In this document: in pieces, positions 55,348 to 64,000 of the stretch
Layout of the letters: the number at the start of each line of letters is the position of its first letter
Numbering within the stretch: the first letter of the stretch is position 1
Assembly (NCBI GenBank): GCA_964016885.1
Contig: OZ024748.1
Location: 54,188,001 to 54,252,000, forward strand
From: Eledone cirrhosa
Lineage: Eukaryota
Reading direction: 5' to 3'
Length of the DNA: 64,000 nucleotides
The notes under the pieces: generated by a model
Seen by the model: only the letters and a program-made list of their open reading frames with translations
Databases searched by the model: none
What the model was told of the DNA's origin: nothing
Made by a program: the position numbers and the translations under genes

Positions 55348-56939
55348 CTGAAATGCTAGTAATAAAATTTGACTCTCCTTAAGACTCCCAAGAAATCTGC
55401 TGTACCCAACCTCTGATAGCATAGTTATGATTCCTAAACTTATTTGATCACAGAACCCTTATAGGATTTTATGAAAATGTTGGGGCTTCTTAATTCTGCA
55501 AGTCTAACAACCACTTTAACAGTTTATCTGTTGGTTTGTGTTGTTTTTGTTATTGCTGGTTGTAGTTGTAGTTAGATATGTGTGTTATCCAAGGTTTTGA
55601 CAAAGGGTATGTATGATAGTAAGTAAATGCATTGCATATAGTTTAGAAGTATGTGTTGGTGGCAGTAACAATGCTTCTGTCACAGTGGTGCATACGAGAG
55701 GTGGGGTAGTAGTGGTGGTGATGCTGGGAGTAATGCTTCTATCATAGTGCATATTGGGATGTGATAGTGGTAGTGGTGGTTGTGGCAACAGTGGTGTTGA
55801 ATGTGGTTGTGGTGTTGGTGGTGGCGGTGATGTTGATTGTTACAATGTCATCTCTAACTAGTTTGATGTGAGAAAGTACTTAGACCTGTCATAATTACCG
55901 GTGCTGGGATCAGGGGGTGGTGGGAGTGAGAGCCGACAATGACGGTGATGATGGTGATGATGGTGGTGGGGATGTGGCTGAGGTGAGAGGTGGGGTTTGT
56001 AAAGAGAATTTAAACAGACTTTCTAGAACCTACTTTGCTACATCTCTGGCATTTTATGAACCAGACTTTCCAATCTGACTTACTTTTAAACAGCACCAAT
56101 TAAGTCTTTAACGCTCTCACACACACACACTCACTCTCTCTCACACACACTCTTTCTCACTCACATACATTCTCTCTCTCACACACACACACTCTCACTC
56201 TCTTTCTCTCTCTCATACACACTCTCTCTCTCTCACATACACTCTATCTTTCTCTCTCTCACACACACATTCTCACTCTCTTTCTCACACACACTCTCTA
56301 TCTTTCTCTCTCTCTCACACACACACATTCTCACTCTCTTTCTCACACACACTCTCTCTATCTTTCTCTCTCTCTCACTCACTCTCTATCGTTCTCTCTC
56401 TCTCCTATCTTTATATTGTTTTCTTCCTTGATTTTGTCAATTATTTGCCTTGATGTTTGATAATTTTTGTATTGTTTTGCATAATTTGTGTTATTTTTAT
56501 TATTTTTTTGCCATTACTTACTTTAATGTTAGTGTAAGCCATGTTTAATATACTAAATTATTATTATGGCTGGCTCTGGCAGAGTTAGTAAAGCGTTGGA
56601 CAAAAAATATGCCTTATGGTATTTAGGTATGGCTATTTTTCATTCTGAGCTCCAATCCTTCTTGGATTGATTTGGGGTCTCCACTCTCTGTGGCCAATAA
56701 CAGAGATAAATACCAGCATTAAATTGATATGGATTTAATTGTAGGTTCACTCCTTCCCCCCCCCCCCCCCTCCTCAGGAATTTGTGACCTTTTGCATACT
56801 AAATCCCTCCAACTTCTTGATTATATTCAAAATTATTTGATTATCCATAAGCATTGTCTTTCTATTAGAAATATGGTATCGAAAGGGTTTCGACTTTGTC
56901 TCCGTAGCTCTCTCCTTCTTTATTTCCAATCCAACTATC

Positions 56940-59900
56940 ACCACAAGCATACGACTATCACCACTACAAACACCCAACCACCACCACCACAAACACACAA
57001 CCACAAGCACACAACCACCACCACCACCACCACAAACACACAACCACCACCACAAACACACAACCACCACCACAAACACACAACCACCACCACCGCCACA
57101 AGCACACAACCACCACCACCACCACAAGCACACAACCACCACCACCACCACAAACACACAACCACCACCACCACCACAAACACACAACCACCACCACCGC
57201 CACAAGCACACAACCACCACCACCACCACAAACACACAACCACCACCACAAACACACAACCACCACCACCGCCACAAGCACACAACCACCACCACCACAA
57301 ACACACAACCACCACCACCACCACAAACACACAACCACCACCACCGCCACAAGCACACAACCACCACCACCACCACAAACACACAACCACCACCACCACA
57401 AACACACAACCACCACCACAAACACAAACACACAACCACCACAACAAACACACAACCACCACCACCGCCACAAGCACACAACCACCACCATCACCACAAG
57501 CACACAACCACCACCACCACAAACACCCAACCACCACCACCACAAACACACAACCACCACCACCGCCACAAGCACACAACCACCACCACAAACACACAAC
57601 CACCACCACAAACACACAACCACCACCACCACAAACACACAACCACCACCACCGCCACAAGCACACAACCACCACCACAAACACACAACCACCACCACAA
57701 ACACACAACCACCACCACAAACACACAACCACCACCACCGCCACAAGCACATAACCACCACCATCACCACAAGCACAGAACCACCACCACCGCCACAAGC
57801 ACATAACCACCACCATCACCACAAGCACAGAACCACCACCACTGCCACAAGCACAGAACCACCACCACCGCCACAAGCACAGAACCACCACCACCGCCAC
57901 AAGCACAGAACCACCACCATCACCACAAACACAGAACCACCACCACCACCACAAGCACAGAACCACCACCATCACCACAAGCACAGAACCACCACCACCA
58001 CCACAAGCACAGAACCACCACCACCGCCACAAGCACATAACCACCACCATCACCACAAGCACAGAACCACCACCACCACCACAAGCACAGAACCACCACC
58101 ACCGCCACAAACACAGAACCACCACCACCGCCACAAGCACAGAACCACCACCATCACCACAAGCACAGAACCACCACCACCGCCACAAGCACAGAACCAC
58201 CACCATCGCCACAAACACAGAACCACCACCACCACCACAAGCACAGAACCACCACCATCACCACAAGCACAGAACCACCACCATCACCACAAGCACAGAA
58301 CCACCACCACCACCACAAACACACAACCACCACCATCACCACAAACACAGAACCACTACCGCCACAAGCACACAACCACCACCATCACCACAAGCACAGA
58401 ACCACCACCACCACAAGCACACAACCACAACCATCACCACAAACACAGAACCACCACCGCCACAAGCACACAACCACCACAAACACAGAACCACCACCGC
58501 CACAAGCACACAACCACAACCATCACCACAAACACAGAACCACCACCACCACAAGCACACAACCACAACCATCACCACAAACACAGAACCACCACCACCA
58601 CAAGCACACAACCACCACCACCGCCACAAACACACAACCACCACCACAAACACACAACCACCACCACAAACACAGAACCACCACCACCACAAGCACACAA
58701 CCACCACCATCACCACAAACACAGAACCACCACCGCCACAAGCACACAACCACAACCATCACCACAAACACAGAACCACCACCGCCACAAGCACACAACC
58801 ACAAACACAGAACCACCACCGCCACAAGCACACAACCACCACCATCACCACAAACACAGAACCACCACCGCCACAAGCACACAACCACCACCATCACCAC
58901 AAGCACAGAACCACCCCCACCACAAGCACACAACCACCACCATCACCACAAACACAGAACCACCACCGCCACAAGCACACAACCACAACCATCACCACAA
59001 ACACAGAACCACCACCACCACAAGCACACAACCACAACCATCACCACAAACACAGAACCACCACCACCACAAGCACACAACCACCACCACCGCCACAAGC
59101 ACACAACCACCACCATCACCACAAACACAGAACCACCACCGCCACAAGCACACAACCACCACCATCACCACAAGCACAGAACCACCCCCACCACAAGCAC
59201 AGAACCACCACCATCACCACAAGCACAGAACCACCCCCACCACAAGCACACAACCACCACCATCACCACAAACACAGAACCACCACCGCCACAAGCACAC
59301 AACCACAACCATCACCACAAACACAGAACCACCACCACCACAAGCACACAACCACCACCACCGCCACAAGCACACAACCACCACCATCACCACAAACACA
59401 GAACCACCACCGCCACAAGCACACAACCACAACCATCACCACAAACACAGAACCACCACCACCACAAGCACACAACCACAACCATCACCACAAACACAGA
59501 ACCACCACCACCACAAGCACACAACCACCACCACCGCCACAAGCACACAACCACCACCATCACCACAAACACAGAACCACCACCGCCACAAGCACACAAC
59601 CACCACCATCACCACAAGCACAGAACCACCCCCACCACAAGCACACAACCACCACCATCACCACAAGCACAGAACCACCCCCACCACAAGCACACAACCA
59701 CCACCATCACCACAAACACAGAACCACCACCGCCACAAGCACACAACCACAACCATCACCACAAACACAGAACCACCACCACCACAAGCACACAACCACC
59801 ACCATCACCACAAACACAGAACCACCACCGCCACAAGCACACAACCACCACCATCACCACAAGCACAGAACCACCCCCACCACAAGCACACAACCACCAC

Positions 59901-62900
59901 CATCACCACAAACACAGAACCACCACCGCCACAAGCACACAACCACAACCATCACCACAAACACAGAACCACCACCACCACAAGCACACAACCACCACCA
60001 TCACCACAAACACAGAACCACCCCCACCACAAGCACACAACCACCACCATCACCACAAGCACAGAACCACCCCCACCACAAGCACACAACCACCACCATC
60101 ACCACAAACACAGAACCACCACCGCCACAAGCACACAACCACCACCATCACCACAAACACAGAACCACCACCGCCACAAGCACACAACCACCACCATCAC
60201 CACAAGCACAGAACCACCCCCACCACAAGCACACAACCACCACCATCACCACAAGCACAGAACCACCCCCACCACAAGCACACAACCACCACCATCACCA
60301 CAAACACAGAACCACCACCGCCACAAGCACACAACCACAACCATCACCACAAACACAGAACCACCACCACCACAAGCACACAACCACCACCATCACCACA
60401 AACACAGAACCACCACCGCCACAAGCACACAACCACCACCATCACCACAAGCACAGAACCACCCCCACCACAAGCACACAACCACCACCATCACCACAAA
60501 CACAGAACCACCACCGCCACAAGCACACAACCACAACCATCACCACAAACACAGAACCACCACCACCACAAGCACACAACCACCACCATCACCACAAACA
60601 CAGAACCACCCCCACCACAAGCACACAACCACCACCATCACCACAAGCACAGAACCACCCCCACCACAAGCACACAACCACCACCATCACCACAAACACA
60701 GAACCACCACCGCCACAAGCACACAACCACCACCATCACCACAAACACAGAACCACCACCGCCACAAGCACACAACCACCACCATCACCACAAGCACAGA
60801 ACCACCCCCACCACAAGCACACAACCACCACCATCACCACAAGCACAGAACCACCCCCACCACAAGCACACAACCACCACCATCACCACAAACACAGAAC
60901 CACCACCGCCACAAGCACACAACCACAACCATCACCACAAACACAGAACCACCACCACCACAAGCACACAACCACCACCATCACCACAAACACAGAACCA
61001 CCACCGCCACAAGCACACAACCACCACCATCACCACAAGCACAGAACCACCCCCACCACAAGCACACAACCACCACCATCACCACAAACACAGAACCACC
61101 ACCGCCACAAGCACACAACCACCACCATCACCACAAGCACAGAACCACCCCCACCACAAGCACACAACCACCACCATCACCACAAACACAGAACCACCAC
61201 CGCCACAAGCACACAACCACCACCATCACCACAAGCACAGAACCACCCCCACCACAAGCACACAACCACCACCATCACCACAAGCACAGAACCACCCCCA
61301 CCACAAGCACACAACCACCACCATCACCACAAACACAGAACCACCACCGCCACAAGCACACAACCACAACCATCACCACAAACACAGAACCACCACCACC
61401 ACAAGCACACAACCACCACCATCACCACAAACACAGAACCACCACCGCCACAAGCACACAACCACCACCATCACCACAAGCACAGAACCACCCCCACCAC
61501 AAGCACACAACCACCACCATCACCACAAACACAGAACCACGACCACCACAAGCACACAACCACCACCATCACCACAAGCACAGAACCACCCCCACCACAA
61601 GCACACAACCACAACCATCACCACAAACACAGAACCACCACCGCCACAAGCACACAACCACCACCATCACCACAAACACAGAACCACCACCGCCACAAGC
61701 ACACAACCACCACCATCACCACAAGCACAGAACCACCCCCACCACAAGCACACAACCACCACCATCACCACAAGCACAGAACCACCCCCACCACAAGCAC
61801 ACAACCACCACCATCACCACAAACACAGAACCACCACCGCCACAAGCACACAACCACAACCATCACCACAAACACAGAACCACCACCACCACAAGCACAC
61901 AACCACCACCATCACCACAAACACAGAACCACCACCGCCACAAGCACACAACCACCACCATCACCACAAGCACAGAACCACCCCCACCACAAGCACACAA
62001 CCACCACCATCACCACAAACACAGAACCACCACCGCCACAAGCACACAACCACCACCATCACCACAAGCACAGAACCACCCCCACCACAAGCACACAACC
62101 ACCACCATCACCACAAACACAGAACCACCACCGCCACAAGCACACAACCACCACCATCACCACAAGCACAGAACCACCCCCACCACAAGCACACAACCAC
62201 CACCATCACCACAAGCACAGAACCACCCCCACCACAAGCACACAACCACCACCATCACCACAAACACAGAACCACCACCGCCACAAGCACACAACCACAA
62301 CCATCACCACAAACACAGAACCACCACCACCACAAGCACACAACCACCACCATCACCACAAACACAGAACCACCACCGCCACAAGCACACAACCACCACC
62401 ATCACCACAAGCACAGAACCACCCCCACCACAAGCACACAACCACCACCATCACCACAAACACAGAACCACCACCGCCACAAGCACACAACCACAACCAT
62501 CACCACAAACACAGAACCACCACCACCACAAGCACACAACCACCACCATCACCACAAACACAGAACCACCACCGCCACAAGCACACAACCACCACCATCA
62601 CCACAAACACAGAACCACGACCACCACAAGCACACAACCACCACCACCACCACCACAAACACAAACACACAACCACCACAAGCACACAACCACCACCACC
62701 GCCACAAGCACACAACCACCACCACAAACACACAACCACCACCACCGCCACAAGCACACAACCACCACCACAAACACACAACCACCACCACCGCCACAAA
62801 CACACAACCACCACAAACACACAACCACCACCGCCACAACCACCACCACCACCACCACAACAACCACCACCACCACAACAACCACCACCACCACCACCAT
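56940..62900. repeat. Satellite of about 6 kb, 49-bp monomer (26+23) with higher-order structure
   Basis: ACCACCACCATCACCACAA(A/G)CACAGA + ACCACC(ACCG/CCCA/ACCA)CCACAAGCACACA. Confidence 0.97.
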
Positions 62901-62986
62901 GACTACTAGTAACGCTATCATTCCAAGATCTCTTCCATCTTTGAAGTGAACTTCATAAATACTCTCCTCCTCCTCCTCCCACTTAC

Positions 62987-63062
62987 CTGATCTGGTAAAG
63001 GGGTCGAATCTGTCCTGTTCATACTGGCCACATTGCAATGTGGATGGCCTGGCCCTTCTCAC
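62987..63062 (-). CDS. Candidate exon 3' part (RRARPSTLQCGQYEQDRFDPFTRS, phase 1; or MNRTDSTPLPDQ, phase 0)
   Basis: Perfect CAG|GTAAGT donor at 62987/62986 after a complex-sequence island; no convincing acceptor, so the 5' boundary is unknown. Confidence 0.3.
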
Positions 63063-63315
63063 TCTCTCTTTATGTCTCCCTCTCTCTCTCTTTATCTTTC
63101 CCTCTCACTCTCTCTTTATGTCTCCCTCTCACTCTCTCTTTATGTTTCCCTCTCTTTCTCTCTGTTTATCTCTCTCCCTCAGTGTGTCCCCCCTCTCTCA
63201 CATTGTGAATCTGTCTCTCTATTAATATACACCACCAATGCTTCTACAATTTTTGCTGATATACTATTTTTTTTACTCATTGCATAAAGATATTTAGATG
63301 TCTTGTTTATGATAG

Positions 63316-63750
63316 TGTGGTGGTGGTGGTGGTGGTAGTGATGGTGGTGGTGGTGGTGGTGGTGGGGGTGGTGGTAGAGGTGGTGGTGGTGGTGATGGTG
63401 GTAGGGGTTGTTTGTGGGAGTGGTAGGGTTGGTGGTGGTGGTGGTGGTGGTGGTAGTGATGGTGGTGGTGGTAGTGATGGTGGTGGTGGTGGTGGTGGTG
63501 GTGGTAGGGGTAGTGATGGTGGTGGTGGTGGTGGTGGTAGGGGTAGTGATGGTGGTGGTGGTGGGGGTAGGGGTGGTGGTGATGGTGGTAGGGGTTGTTT
63601 GTGGGAGTGGTAGGGTTGGTGGTGGTGGTGGTGGTGGTGGTGGTAGGGGTTGTTTGTGGGAGTGGTAGGGTTGGTGGTGGTGGTGGTGGTGGTGGTGGTA
63701 GGGGTTGTTTGTGAGAGTGGTAGGGTTGGTGGTGGTGGTGGTGGTGGTAG
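63316..63750. repeat. (GGT)n array with repeated GTAGGGGTTGTTTGTGGGAGTGGTAGGGTT modules
   Basis: Visible directly. Confidence 0.9.
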
Positions 63751-64000
63751 ACTGGATCACAGCGATGACATTGATAATTCTAATGACTAGTTAAAGGTGA
63801 CAATGGTAATAATGATGGTAATAATGCTTATGATAAGGTTAATGAAGGTAACAGTGGTGGTGGTGGTGGTGGGGATGATGGCAGTGTTTCATGTGATGAT
63901 GATGATGGTGATAATAATAGTGGTGGTGATGGGGTGATCACAGCGTTTCATGTGATGATGATAGTGGTGATGATAATAATGCTTATGATAAGGTTAATGA

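Noticed and set aside
56729-62881. Long W/C/V/G and H/T/P ORFs
   Set aside because: Satellite with a 49-bp period (not a codon multiple) that lacks stops by composition.

Overview
AT-rich eukaryotic genomic DNA saturated with (TA)n/(CA)n/(ACC)n/(CAT)n microsatellites, tRNA-derived SINEs, RTE-LINE 3' fragments, TTAA-flanked MITEs and Penelope-like (PLE) fragments. The repeat landscape looks like a coleoid cephalopod, most likely Octopus (inference). Almost every ORF in the supplied track is a microsatellite artefact. Reading splice signals by eye on the minus strand gives a sparse set of short candidate exons (about 63.0, 55.3, 52.1-52.5, 50.9, 43.9, 42.1, 34.2, 23.2, 21.8 and 12.3 kb). They look like the 3' end of one large unidentified gene with several alternative C-terminal tails, ending at an AATAAA near 12.28 kb, close to where CpG depletion seems to stop. 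Other notable structures: about ten hammerhead-ribozyme-like cores on small PLE/retrozyme-type elements, most inserted in (TA)n; a near-perfect 538-bp palindrome whose arms end in half a hammerhead core; and a 6-kb ACC-derived satellite with a 49-bp monomer and a 588-bp higher-order repeat. No rRNA, intact tRNA, CRISPR array or nameable gene could be supported.
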